Source of the DNA: Craspedostauros australis
Lineage: Eukaryota
Assembly (NCBI GenBank): GCA_030167865.1
Contig: JALAGF010000277.1
Location: 1 to 64,000, forward strand
DNA: 64,000 nucleotides
Direction: 5' to 3'
A program made the translations under genes and the position numbers. The notes beneath the pieces are model-generated. The model was not told the DNA's origin. It ran no database searches and worked only from the letters and a program-made list of their open reading frames with translations. This document shows, one piece after another, positions 22,838 to 33,649 of this stretch (positions within the stretch are counted from its first letter, which is position 1; the number at the start of each line of letters is the position of its first letter).

Positions 22838-25159
22838 ATGGATACCAAGATAGATAACCTCCCTACGAGCCTGCACAAGCTCATTCTGTCCTACCTTCCC
22901 TTCACGGATGCTGTGGCATTCTCGCAGACTTCAACGGTCAGCCACCGCGAGCTCTGCCTCCGTCCTCTTGCACAGTACGAGGTGTCGCATTCCGAGTTCT
23001 GGATCGCAGCAACGCCGCAGCAGGTCGGCATCGATGATGACGACGATGGTGGCAACGAAGATGGAGCAGCGCAAACTTCTGTGACTCGGCCAAGGCCGAT
23101 TCTGACTGGACTCAAGATTCCCTGCTTCAGTCGTAGAGCTCAATCCATGAGACTCACCTTCGAGGTGGATTGCTGCAGGGACCCCAGCTCGCGCACGAGG
23201 CTTTACATCATGTCCAGGAAGCGACAATCCAAAGCACCGAGGCAAGCATCCGAATCTGGGCCAGAAAAGGCCACAGCAAGAGCAACAGCAAGAGCAACAG
23301 ATGAACTTTCGCGGGAGAGTGTGGATGGGCCACTTTGCAATGACCGAAGCAGGCCCGATCCTGACGATGCAGCAGCAATAACAACGACAGCAAAAAACGC
23401 GAATGACAACAAAGACAACGACAACCGTGACAGATCCCATTCCAATTTCAGCGAACGATCAAGAATTGTCGCGATGCGCGAGTTCACAGCGACGACGCCT
23501 CCGTACTCTTGCATCCACATCGACCTCACGCCGCCGTCTCCAGGAGAAATATACGACGTGGCTTACAGCATGGATTCGAATGCGTACACCCTGGCCGTGG
23601 ACAACATGATTTTGCATACCTTCGCCTACAAGACGGATACGGTCATATTCGATGCTCAGAAGTTCCTCTTGGGCAAAAGGCTGCTCGTTGCCGCGGATGC
23701 GCCCATCAATGAAGATGAGGATGAGGATGAGTACGCCCATGAAGATGAGTATGGCAACCAACTGTCGACGCCCGTGCGTCGTGCGCGCATCATATCCAAG
23801 TACGGCGAACTGTTCCACCTGTATGCCATGTTCTTTGACGCATTGGACGACCGCGATGGAACTGCAGGCCCCGGCATACCTCATCACCAACTCAAGCGGA
23901 TCCACGATGTCATGCATCCATGGTCACTGTCCAGCAAGGATCCGAGACTGTTCGCATCCTTTTCAGCAGCATGCATGTTTCTATCGGACTGGATATTCGG
24001 ATGGGTTGCGCCTCTCACTACGAGTGTGGCAACCGATGCCGGTAAGGCAACGATCAAGGAAGAATTGGCTGCGATGAAACGATCGAGACGACGGATCCAA
24101 GCGCAACACCGACGTGCCAGATCCTTGGTACCGGTGCCCGTCTCATCGCCAGATGTGTCACTCATTGGCATCGCCGAATCAGTTCCAGCGAGGCTGCGAA
24201 TCGCACAGTTCCTTGCGGTGAAAGATGTCGCATCGCTATCCGTGACTTGCAAGGCCATCCACAGCAAAATGATGCCCATGCACATACACACTCCATCATT
24301 GGGATGGGTCGGCTTCAACGACGAGTACGAGCAGATCCCAATCGTGTTCCCCGAACATCGCACCCATTCCCTGTCGGCTCTCTGCGAATGCGTCGATACC
24401 TTCCCGCACTGCATGCACCACAAAATCACGTCCATCCACGTGTATTCCCGCAGCAACGACGCGGCGCAATCTCATGTGCGCACCATCACGAACGTGCAGC
24501 GATCCTCGCTCCATCTTCCATTCGTTCCACAGGATGGAATGGAGTACGGCGTGCGGATCGAAGACACGAGCAACTCCGAAGTCGTGGAGGAGACCGACAT
24601 GTCCATCCTCGTTCCAAGACAGCGCGCCACGGTGCAGGATGTGGTTGTGCTGGATGATGGTCACCACTCCTTCCACAAGTATTGGACGATACTTGGCAAG
24701 CTGAAGCTGCTGGATGAGGATTCCATGTACGCCGATCTGTTCTACCTCAAGATGCTCCAACTGGTGATCGGGACCGTGCGGCAAAGCAATAGCGAGGTCG
24801 CCAGCGGCAGCCGATCGTCCGCATCGCAGCATCGCTGGAATGGCGTTCGCCAATGGTTCCGCGAGCATCTCGGATCAAGTCCGTCACAAACCGGCAGCAA
24901 CGCAAGTGCGGCGATGCTTCACAGCGGCCCTCCCAATACCAAGGTCAATAGCAATGCCAATCGAGATATGGGCACACAAGCTCTACTGGCTTGCTTGGAG
25001 GACATGCTCCAATCCATCATTGAAAACTGCCATGAGATGTACCCTCTGATCGATGTCAGTGACAGCAACCGCAACAACCACAACAACAGAAACGAAAATG
25101 GAGATGGCGAAAACGAAGACCAAAACGACATGGTAGTGTCAACGTTCAATGCGATGTGA
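22838..25159 (+). CDS. hypothetical protein with two F-box-like motifs
   Basis: ATG 22838 gives 'IDNLPTSLHKLILSYLPFTDAVAFSQTS' (F-box-like). A second copy, 'ARLRIAQFLAVKDVASLSVTCKAIH', lies mid-protein. 773 aa. Confidence 0.7.
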   Translation: MDTKIDNLPTSLHKLILSYLPFTDAVAFSQTSTVSHRELCLRPLAQYEVSHSEFWIAATPQQVGIDDDDDGGNEDGAAQTSVTRPRPILTGLKIPCFSRRAQSMRLTFEVDCCRDPSSRTRLYIMSRKRQSKAPRQASESGPEKATARATARATDELSRESVDGPLCNDRSRPDPDDAAAITTTAKNANDNKDNDNRDRSHSNFSERSRIVAMREFTATTPPYSCIHIDLTPPSPGEIYDVAYSMDSNAYTLAVDNMILHTFAYKTDTVIFDAQKFLLGKRLLVAADAPINEDEDEDEYAHEDEYGNQLSTPVRRARIISKYGELFHLYAMFFDALDDRDGTAGPGIPHHQLKRIHDVMHPWSLSSKDPRLFASFSAACMFLSDWIFGWVAPLTTSVATDAGKATIKEELAAMKRSRRRIQAQHRRARSLVPVPVSSPDVSLIGIAESVPARLRIAQFLAVKDVASLSVTCKAIHSKMMPMHIHTPSLGWVGFNDEYEQIPIVFPEHRTHSLSALCECVDTFPHCMHHKITSIHVYSRSNDAAQSHVRTITNVQRSSLHLPFVPQDGMEYGVRIEDTSNSEVVEETDMSILVPRQRATVQDVVVLDDGHHSFHKYWTILGKLKLLDEDSMYADLFYLKMLQLVIGTVRQSNSEVASGSRSSASQHRWNGVRQWFREHLGSSPSQTGSNASAAMLHSGPPNTKVNSNANRDMGTQALLACLEDMLQSIIENCHEMYPLIDVSDSNRNNHNNRNENGDGENEDQNDMVVSTFNAM

Positions 25160-25580
25160 GGCATACTCTCCGCATGTGCAACATGTGTTGCCGTAACTTA
25201 GAAACGGGGGGCAGTGGAGAAAAGGACAAAGCTGTTGCTCTTTCTTGATGCTGCAATTTGCGTTCAGCGGGTCCTACGCTCATGCGACGTAGAATGAAGC
25301 AGTGAGTTATCACGCTATCGAGTCGTGGATAAGACATCATGCGAAATGTGCGAAGAACACGAACGAAGAAAAATGATGAGTTTGTTCGTGTTTTGTTTTC
25401 AACGGATCGAATGGCAACAACACATCCATTCCATGATCGGAGGCACAACCTCCATGCACAGCTGTATTGAAGAGCAAGGACAAGAGAGAGAGAGACTGAA
25501 CTGCCCCTGATTACTCCACTCCACGCAGCTTCGTTGCAAGAAGGACACGGTCCATTCCATTCTTGTCGGTGAAAGACAAG

Positions 25581-25637
25581 TACTCTATTCTACTCTACTC
25601 TACTCTACTATACTCAACTCTGCTCTGCTCTGCTCTC
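25581..25637. repeat. degenerate (TACTC)/(TGCTC) pentanucleotide microsatellite
   Basis: Seen directly upstream of the lipase ATG. Confidence 0.75.
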
Positions 25638-25652
25638 GTCCATTCTGCGAGT

Positions 25653-28055
25653 ATGCCACCACCTCTGATTGCTGCCGCTGGCGGCGCCGCCTTGGCGAAG
25701 CATGTCGCGTACCAGGCGCTCACCTGCGCGGATATCTACACATTCGCCTTCACGGTCATCTTCACGCGGTTGCTGTGGATGAAGATCCCCGCATGGATCA
25801 AGCAGGACATCTCGTTCCGCAGGTTGGCGCAGCGCAGCAGCACGCGCAGCCGGAAGAGCGTCAGCGTAGATGATGCAGGCAACGAGAATGGGAAGAGCGA
25901 AAGCAAGCAGACGGAGGAGATGAACAACCTCGGATCCATTCTGGACAAGATCCAGGCATTCGTCAAGTCATCCGCCGCCATCGAGCCGGTCCCTCACGTC
26001 CATGCGGCCTTGCTGGCCTATCTGCAGCTGTCTGGTCAGATCAAGCATAAAGAGATGCTTCGTCTTCGGCAGGAGTCGAAGGATGCAGACTCTTCGGACT
26101 CTCCAGGTGGCCCTCCGGTTTCTCAAAGTGCTGCAACCGTTGCTGATACTGATGGTGCTGATACCAATGGTGCTGATACCAATGGTGCTGATACCGGTGG
26201 TGGTGCTGATACCGGTGGTGGTATCAATACCGACCAAAGCGGACAGGAGAGTCGCCAGGAGAGCCCTCAGGATGGTGCGACGACTGCGAAACCATTGCAC
26301 CAAGGCTATTTGCAAACGACTCCTGCCTTGCATGCGAATCTGGATAGCCACGCGGTCCACGCAAGCGACTTGATCAAGACACGCCATGATCTCTACCTCA
26401 AGTCCGGGACGATCCTCAGCGGCACGCCAAGCGCAGCCGGAAAGGAACCATCGACGGTTGGCGACTCGCTTTGGGATGAGTTGAGGCAGCACCTTGAGTT
26501 TTCAACGTGGGCCTACCACGAGCAAGCGGACGTGCTGACAACCAAACTGGAAGAACGCCAATGCGAGCTGCTGGACCACCAGCTCCTTCCCACCATGCCA
26601 GGGCATGTTGGGTACTACGTTGCCAAACGCGAAGAGACCCACAGCGTTATCGTAGCCGTCAAGGGAACGTCGTCGTTGGAAGACATCGTCACGGACTGTT
26701 GCGGCAGGTCGGTCGCAATGCAGAGCAACAGCGCGGAAGTTGGCGTCGACGAACTGACTCGAGTGGAAGTCAAGGCAAGCGTTCCCAATACCGTCGTCAC
26801 CACCGATGATGGGACGGTGGAGATCGTCAGCGGCCATGAGCGCATCGTGATCGAGAGCCTGGACGAAGATGGCTGTAATCAGATGTGCGGCCATGAAGGG
26901 ACGCACCTGAGTGCGCAGCGACTCTTCGATCGCTTGCGACCCATCCTCAGAGAATACGTCATCGGTCGAAACTGGAATGTCGTCCTGTGTGGTCATTCGC
27001 TCGGCGCATGCACTGCAGCGTTGGTCGGCGTCATGATCAAGAATGAATTTCCGGACCTGTTCATCAATGAAGAAAAGGGTGCAAGCGACAAAAAGGATGA
27101 AAGCAACTCCAAGTCTCGCGGATTGCTGCAGCGCCTATCATCCTTATCGACGACGGCGTCATCATCTCTCCGACATATCACTGCATCAACAAGAACAAGA
27201 ACATCAACGTCCACAGTCACAACTACAACTGCGGATGCATTGAATGAGGATGCACCCCGAACGAAGGCGCTGCCGTTATCAAACCGCATGCGAGTCTACG
27301 CTTACGGGCCGCCGCCGGTGCTGGATCATGACACGGCGGTCGCAGTGTCGTCCTTCTGCATCTCCGTCATCCACAATACGGACATCATCACGAGATGCAG
27401 CTTGCAGAATCTCGCAGTGTTTTTGGAAGTGCTGCGGGCGATTCAAAACAGGCTCGAAGAACACTCCATGCTACCTGTCGGTCCGGTCTCCACCGCCACG
27501 TTCCTGAAGAAGCTGGGCGAAGGCGTGGATGGCGATTTGATGTTCACCAAGCATGAGATGCAGCTGATACTGTGGAAGGCATTCCAAACCATACAGCTGC
27601 GCCGGGCTGGTCATCTGTACGTTCCGGGCCGTGTCTTGCTGGCCTATCATCCATGGAGCGCTGCTCAAGCCGACACTGATGAAAGTGATGGCGACGCTAC
27701 TGTTGATGGTCAAGACAACGCTGAGGATAAGACCGACGGTGGTGAGGTTCGAAACTCCAACAGTACGAGGACATCATTCTTTAGTGGCATCGGCATCGGG
27801 ATGAGTTCGAGAAGCAGCAGGAGCAGCAATAACACCAACAGTGAAGAGAAGACGAACGAGGAAGAGAAAGATGGTCATACCCATGCTGGTGGTGATGACA
27901 GTGCCCCTGAACGCAAACGAGAAGAAACCGTGTGGATCGAAACCGACGGCACGTGCCTCGCGCTGCGCATGCTGGAGTTTGATGGACTGCGCATGTTCAC
28001 CGATCATGTGTGTTCCACCTACTACGAAGTGCTTGGGATGGAGTACACGTTTTGA
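25653..28055 (+). CDS. class 3 lipase (diacylglycerol-lipase-like)
   Basis: 'VIVAVKGTSSLEDIVTD', 'GHEG', nucleophile elbow 'LCGHSLGA', 'YAYGPPP', Asp in 'HNTDIITR', 'LYVPGR' and His in 'MFTDH...Y'. Hydrophobic N-terminal segment. Confidence 0.9.
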   Translation: MPPPLIAAAGGAALAKHVAYQALTCADIYTFAFTVIFTRLLWMKIPAWIKQDISFRRLAQRSSTRSRKSVSVDDAGNENGKSESKQTEEMNNLGSILDKIQAFVKSSAAIEPVPHVHAALLAYLQLSGQIKHKEMLRLRQESKDADSSDSPGGPPVSQSAATVADTDGADTNGADTNGADTGGGADTGGGINTDQSGQESRQESPQDGATTAKPLHQGYLQTTPALHANLDSHAVHASDLIKTRHDLYLKSGTILSGTPSAAGKEPSTVGDSLWDELRQHLEFSTWAYHEQADVLTTKLEERQCELLDHQLLPTMPGHVGYYVAKREETHSVIVAVKGTSSLEDIVTDCCGRSVAMQSNSAEVGVDELTRVEVKASVPNTVVTTDDGTVEIVSGHERIVIESLDEDGCNQMCGHEGTHLSAQRLFDRLRPILREYVIGRNWNVVLCGHSLGACTAALVGVMIKNEFPDLFINEEKGASDKKDESNSKSRGLLQRLSSLSTTASSSLRHITASTRTRTSTSTVTTTTADALNEDAPRTKALPLSNRMRVYAYGPPPVLDHDTAVAVSSFCISVIHNTDIITRCSLQNLAVFLEVLRAIQNRLEEHSMLPVGPVSTATFLKKLGEGVDGDLMFTKHEMQLILWKAFQTIQLRRAGHLYVPGRVLLAYHPWSAAQADTDESDGDATVDGQDNAEDKTDGGEVRNSNSTRTSFFSGIGIGMSSRSSRSSNNTNSEEKTNEEEKDGHTHAGGDDSAPERKREETVWIETDGTCLALRMLEFDGLRMFTDHVCSTYYEVLGMEYTF
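26142..26222 (+). repeat. coding minisatellite, 15/18-bp units encoding ADT[D/N/G]G(G), 5 copies
   Basis: gctgatactgatggt, gctgataccaatggt x2, gctgataccggtggtggt x2. Confidence 0.9.
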
Positions 28056-28374
28056 TGATCGTGACATTTGGAACGTGCGCGGTGCATCACGAGCAGACAC
28101 AGTGTCGGCATTGAATCATTAATTCCCAAGGCCAAGAGTAGAAACAAAGGAAAGGCAGATGGATCAACTGCTCCGATTGATTGTACTGTAGTCCTCTAAT
28201 TACGACGCCTTCGTTGTATACTACAATACCACATGATGCCATGCTGGTATGGGCGCCCAGCCTCTGCTTCAGCCCTACCGACTCTCATCGTCTGAAGTTC
28301 CAAGCATTCGTACATTAGGAACGACGTCGTCTTCGTGGAGCCATCAGCGTTTCCTACACGCTGAGGCCAGCTTC

Positions 28375-30300
28375 TCAGGAACCCGGTGGGACACGTCCAA
28401 ACTTGTGGGCCAGAAACGTCGTCCCCTCAAACAATCCTTCCAGAACCTCCCACGATGTTAGAAGGGGATACTTTTGCAGAGTGTAGTCCTTGGATTGTGG
28501 TGCTTTCCTATCTCCGAACATGATGGAAGGCATTTCGACCATGAGACCTGCGTTGCTGTCGTAGCATGCCAAGACCTCTCCCGTCATTCCCATCGTGCAA
28601 AAATAAAACGGTTTCCACAACGACGACGACGACGACGATTGTTGCCGCGTGATGCCCTGGCGCTTCTGCTGCTGGGCGCGGTGCGTGACAATGGATAGCG
28701 GCATGGATCGAGTGAAGGAGGAGAATGTGCCAGCCACCACGAAATTCGCTTGCGACAGCAAAGCCATGTCGATGAACATCGCATCCCAATCCTCCAAGCA
28801 TCTGCTGAGGGTTCGACCCTGCGCAAACGCCGTGATGGATTTGCCTTCCTCAAGGTATTTTTGTGGCACACGAATCAGCTTGATGAGCTGTTCGCGCGGC
28901 GACGCGTATCTCTGTGCCAGGATGCTCTCCAAAGTCGCCATGACCGATTCTGTATCCGTCGCAACGAACAGAAGGACTGGTTTGGATGTTTGCGGAGCGC
29001 CAAATGCACTCGTACCGTCATGATTGCTGGTGTTGGTACTGGCTTTAGTGCTGGCATGAGTGCTGGTGGTGACAGTGCCAGAATGTTCCTTCGCAACGAG
29101 CTCGAATGTATCCAACGAGTTGGACAGCCACCGCTCCAGATTCTTAATCACTCTCTCCTTGTCCACAAAATCGCCCTGCTCGCCGTTCCCGGCACGGATG
29201 TGCCAACCGATGACCACGTGGTCGTTCCATCCATGCTCTCGTTTGAAGTCTTCGATTCTGCTGCGTTGTGCGTAGACGAGCAAGAGCTGCGAGTAGGTCT
29301 CGAAGTCGCTGCGCAATTTTCCGAAAAAGCCGTTCTGTAGCAATCGGTACTTGTCGCCATCGTCTCTGGTTATGCATGTTCCAGCAACCTCGTTGCGGAA
29401 GCGAATCATCTTCGTGGGTGCGGTGCTTGTTGGACTCGCTGTGATGTTCGGTGGCACCCGAAATGGCATCTTGAGATGTGGCGAATGGGTCAGAGCTGGA
29501 TCAGCCGAAATTTCTGCCTGGTAGTAGAATTCATCCTGCTCCTTCGTGACTTGCGGGTAAATGAGGAGAGAGTCCATCCCGAACATGTGGTACATCAACA
29601 CCTGCACGTTGTTGTTGCAATTGGCGGCTTGCGATTCGAGATCGATACGATGAAGTCCTACCATCTGGCCAAGGTGGAATGCGCACGCCATGCGCAGGAA
29701 TCGATGCCCGATGCCGGCGACGCCGCGGTATATGTAGTGTATCTGACGATTCTGCTTGTCCCTGTCATAGCTGGAGGCGTCGGACGTGACGTAGGGTTGC
29801 CCGCGCATCCTGTTGATGTATGCGATGATCTGATCGAGGAGCTGGGGGTCGGAGTCATCGAACAGAATCGATTCGCGGCCATTCAGGAGATGCCCCACGT
29901 TATGAAGGATGGTGTCGTTGAGCATGTTGAGGAGATCGTCGCGAGGGATGATTCGTGGCGGCTGCGGACCGTGACGCTCAGCGCCGCTCCCTGCGGACTG
30001 CGACGAAGATACTTGTGGGCTGTCCTCTACGTGCGCCCATTGCATTGCCGCGGATGCCCAGATGTTCTTCGTCTGCTTGCCATATTGAATGAATGACGAT
30101 ATCACGAGTATAGAAAAGGACAGCAACCCGGCAACCAGTGTGTACGAAGCTCGTCGCTTTGCTTCGATCTTCGTCCTCTTCTTTGAGTGGGAGTGCGGCT
30201 CGGTCTGATGAAGTTCATCAATGACTTTACTGCTGCTGCTGATCTTATCGGTCCCACTGATGTCATTCTTCCTCTCCTGACTTGCAGAGTTTCCCTCCAT
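28375..30300 (-). CDS. type II membrane fucosyltransferase-like glycosyltransferase (alpha-1,2/alpha-1,6/O-FucT superfamily)
   Basis: Short basic tail plus one TM segment (YTLVAGLLSFSILVISSFI); 'AGIGHRF', motif I-like 'IGWHIRAGN', motif II-like 'LFVATD' and motif III-like 'DMALLSQANFVVAGTFSSFT'. Confidence 0.72.
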   Translation of the reverse strand: MEGNSASQERKNDISGTDKISSSSKVIDELHQTEPHSHSKKRTKIEAKRRASYTLVAGLLSFSILVISSFIQYGKQTKNIWASAAMQWAHVEDSPQVSSSQSAGSGAERHGPQPPRIIPRDDLLNMLNDTILHNVGHLLNGRESILFDDSDPQLLDQIIAYINRMRGQPYVTSDASSYDRDKQNRQIHYIYRGVAGIGHRFLRMACAFHLGQMVGLHRIDLESQAANCNNNVQVLMYHMFGMDSLLIYPQVTKEQDEFYYQAEISADPALTHSPHLKMPFRVPPNITASPTSTAPTKMIRFRNEVAGTCITRDDGDKYRLLQNGFFGKLRSDFETYSQLLLVYAQRSRIEDFKREHGWNDHVVIGWHIRAGNGEQGDFVDKERVIKNLERWLSNSLDTFELVAKEHSGTVTTSTHASTKASTNTSNHDGTSAFGAPQTSKPVLLFVATDTESVMATLESILAQRYASPREQLIKLIRVPQKYLEEGKSITAFAQGRTLSRCLEDWDAMFIDMALLSQANFVVAGTFSSFTRSMPLSIVTHRAQQQKRQGITRQQSSSSSSLWKPFYFCTMGMTGEVLACYDSNAGLMVEMPSIMFGDRKAPQSKDYTLQKYPLLTSWEVLEGLFEGTTFLAHKFGRVPPGS

Positions 30301-31419
30301 TGTGTACGCGCAGAAGTGGGTGAACGTTTGGCTGTTTGCTCAGCTAACCTGCGCTGTGCGTCTCGATGAAGCGGATGAAGATGGCAGTGCTACTTTGTCA
30401 GATCAGGGTAGCATTGCTGGGATAGGATCGCGGAGGAACTGCGCCGCACCCAGTCGTTCTGGCACAGCGTACTCGTATGGTACCGACAGGAGCGAGATGA
30501 GTGCGAACAAGCACAAGTCACCAAGGAGCTCCACACGAAAAGAGGAGCAGCACCGCTTACACCACCAAGGAGTGGGTGCTGTTGCTTGCGCGAAACCTGA
30601 TTGTGGCGACGGTGACGACAATTGAGGAGAATAGGTGATTTGTCGGGACTCTTGCTGTCGTTCTGGTTCGCTGATGAACGCGCAAGCGCCATCGTCGACT
30701 CTGCCTGCTCGGTCGCAGCGCGGTGCATTGTGTTTTGCGCAAAGGGAAACAAAGACCACAAATTCGGATGGTGCCGATAGTGTACGCAACGAATGTAGGG
30801 CGGGCTCCACCACTGCCCAACGGCGACATCCCGCCTGCGATTGAGTGCTGATTGGCGTGAAGCGTCAACGTTATGTCACGATCATCTCCAACAGCCGATG
30901 CATCAGGATGAGTACACGTACTTAGTCCAACGCGCCCTGGGTTGGCGCCAACGAAGCAGCTTGCGGGTTCCAATAAATGCGAGCGATGAACAGATACAGT
31001 TGGAGTTTCTCGTCTGTTCCCAACAAGATTTTGGTCGGCGCGGTATGTGAGTTTGAGTAAGTGTTGCGCGTACGGCAGCATACCTTGTCCGGTTGACGGA
31101 GGAGAGTGGCGGTCCCCAACGTCCTCTTCTCGCTGACCTTCCTGCCGCAGATGAGGTGAAAATCGCCGCATCACGGATGCCTCGTTGATGGAGAACCTTG
31201 GAACATGAACTTCTCCCACAACAGGGGAGGAGAGTGTTGGTTTGTAGAAGTGGAGTAGAAGTAGAAGTCATTTAGTTTACTGTATGCGTTGTGATGTATG
31301 GATCATAGAATGTGTAGAGTCGATTCACGGAATGTGAAATATAGTAGGTATGGTAGACATGAAACAGCAGTATGGAGATTGAATAAGACGACACTGCTTC
31401 GGACATAGAGAACGGATGG

Positions 31420-33120
31420 TCAGTTGAAGATCCCGCTGTTGATGCTGGCATCGCTTGGGATTCTGCGCAAAGGTGCTGATTGCTCGTTCTTGAACATCGG
31501 AGAACGCGGATTGCTTCCGTTTTTGTCGGGATACTGTGCGAAACTGTCCTTGCTGATTGGTTCTGGTTCCACCAGGAACGGGGACGAATTTGAATGCCCG
31601 TGCATCTGCCTGTTGCTGTTTGGCGAGGCTTGCACTTTGAACGGCGCCGGTGTGGCCACTTGTGCTGTCAATGGCTTGGTATCAAAGGCCGGACTCATAG
31701 GTTTTGGGTTGAAGGCTTGGAACTGTGCCTCCAGATCTCCAAAGTCCATCGGTCCATCGTAGAAGCCAAATCCCCCAAGGATGTCGTTTGGCTGTTGTTG
31801 TTGTTGTTGTTGCTGTTCCGGGTTCATTGGGAACCCTTGTGCACTTGCCATCATCGCGTTGTGTGCTGTCAGCATGTTGTTGTTGTTTGGCTGTTGTTGG
31901 CTGCTGTTGTTTCTGTTGTCGAAGAAGCCCTGTTGTTGGGTTGGCATGAATGGATATGCGGAACCTTCGCCTTGGTCACGCTCCTGGTATAGACTCGGTT
32001 GTTGCTGTTGTTGTTGTTGTGCGCGAGGCACGCGGTTGTCCTGAGATGCCATCTGGCGGAAGGGCGAGGCATCTCCCGGTCCGAACTGGAGGGGTGATAT
32101 GCCACCATGCGATCTGCGTGGCGATGTCGGAGGCGAGGCTGAGGCCACGCTCATGGTGGCCGATTCACCGAAAGGGCTGGCGCCAGTTGATGACCAACGG
32201 CTGTTGCCCTGGTTGTGGCCGTTGACAACAAGGCTGGCGCTGCCGTTGCTGCTCCTCCTGCTGTTGTTGCTTGTGCCGAGGCTGTTGCCGCTTCCGCTTC
32301 CACTGCCCGTGCTCATGTTGCAGCTGCCGAGATGCAACGCTGATGTTGGACCAGCGGATGCGATCGACGCGGATCCGAACGGTTGGGCGTCGGCGCCAAA
32401 CGGCATGATGCTGCCGTTGTTGGTAAACGCGTGATTGGCTGACGATGAAGAAGGAGATGCTGGTGCTGTGGCTGTGGCTGATGTGGCAGGGCTGCATTCA
32501 GCAGCAGCCGAGGCGTCGATGGCGGCCTTGAGGTCCGGTGGCAGGACACGCTTGGCCTTGGCCTTCCTCTTGGAGGTTCCGCTCTTGCCGCCAGAGCTGC
32601 TGGAAGAGCTGGCGATGCGTCTCATCTGGTAGCAGGAGGCTCGCTGGCCTCGGCGGAAGTGCATGTTGTGGAAGGATCCGTTTTCGAGGCGCTTGAAGCC
32701 GTACAGGTAGAGCTGTCTGGTGAAGGACTTGAACTTGTTGGACGTGAAGTAGTGCTTCATGACGACGTTGACGAACATGTTGACGTCGTGGACTTGGAAC
32801 GCCAAGCCGTTGGGCATCCACGAGACGATCATCTGGAGGCTGTGATTCTCCAGCGTCTCGAGCAAATCGTACAGCACGAAGGGGAAGGGAAGCTTGGGTC
32901 GGTTCTTGGCACTCTCTGCTAGTGCGGCGCAAGCCATGGCGACGGCTGCCGGGCTACGGTTCTCCACCGGCATCGATGGAGCCTGCTGCATCGGTGATGG
33001 AGCGCCCATCATGCCCATTCCCATCCCCATGCTTGCATCCATGCCCATGTGAGTGTTCACATTCATGTTTGGGTTCATGTTTGGATTCATGTTCATATTC
33101 ATGCCCATGAAGGAGTTCAT
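31420..33120 (-). CDS. heat-shock-factor (HSF) DNA-binding domain transcription factor
   Basis: 'FPFVLYDLLE...IVSWMPNGLAFQVHD...YF...FKSFTRQLYLYGFKR...HFRRGQ', with an M/N-rich N-terminus and Q/N/S-rich C-terminus. Confidence 0.93.
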   Translation of the reverse strand: MNSFMGMNMNMNPNMNPNMNVNTHMGMDASMGMGMGMMGAPSPMQQAPSMPVENRSPAAVAMACAALAESAKNRPKLPFPFVLYDLLETLENHSLQMIVSWMPNGLAFQVHDVNMFVNVVMKHYFTSNKFKSFTRQLYLYGFKRLENGSFHNMHFRRGQRASCYQMRRIASSSSSSGGKSGTSKRKAKAKRVLPPDLKAAIDASAAAECSPATSATATAPASPSSSSANHAFTNNGSIMPFGADAQPFGSASIASAGPTSALHLGSCNMSTGSGSGSGNSLGTSNNSRRSSNGSASLVVNGHNQGNSRWSSTGASPFGESATMSVASASPPTSPRRSHGGISPLQFGPGDASPFRQMASQDNRVPRAQQQQQQQPSLYQERDQGEGSAYPFMPTQQQGFFDNRNNSSQQQPNNNNMLTAHNAMMASAQGFPMNPEQQQQQQQQPNDILGGFGFYDGPMDFGDLEAQFQAFNPKPMSPAFDTKPLTAQVATPAPFKVQASPNSNRQMHGHSNSSPFLVEPEPISKDSFAQYPDKNGSNPRSPMFKNEQSAPLRRIPSDASINSGIFN

Positions 33121-33462
33121 GGTGCTCAGCGTGCGGATGGCAACGTTGAAGTTGCGTTATACTCTACCTCGGTTGGTGCTGTTGCTGTTGCTGTTGATGT
33201 TGATGTGTATGGTTGTGTATGGTTGTGTGTATTGTGTCTCTTTGTTTTGTGAGGGCAACAGGGTGTTTGCTCTGTTGCTGTCGCTGTAGTAGCTGTCACT
33301 GTCGTTATTGGTGCCGCTGCCTTGATTGTCGGACTTCCGCGCCTTTTCGCTTCCTGGTTAACGGGGTAGTGATCGGTCTTGTATGGGGTTGTACACGCGC
33401 GATCCGTAAATGTTTGGCTATCGCTCCATGCGAGTTGCTGGGGGTGCAGACTGTGGTGAGGG

Positions 33463-33649
33463 TTGGTTTGGTTTGGTTTGGTTTGGTTTGGATTATGGGG
33501 AGAAAGTGCTGAGGCAAGACTGTGATGGCGATTCCGGAGGTGGCTGTGGTGATGGTGATAATGACGATTGGTTGTGTGCGTCGAAGGGTGTGATCTGGGG
33601 CACTGCTGCTGCTGCTGCTGCTGCTGCTGCTAATGATGATGATGATGAT
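33463..33649. repeat. compound microsatellites (TTTGG)n, (CTG)n and (ATG)n upstream of HSF
   Basis: TTTGG run ~33463-33490, CTG run ~33604-33630, ATG run ~33633-33649. Confidence 0.85.

Noticed and set aside
30302..31271. Patchy coding-like ORFs between the glycosyltransferase and HSF genes (possible pseudogene)
   Set aside because: Multiple stops, no recognisable homology, and no frame-consistent exon chain found.
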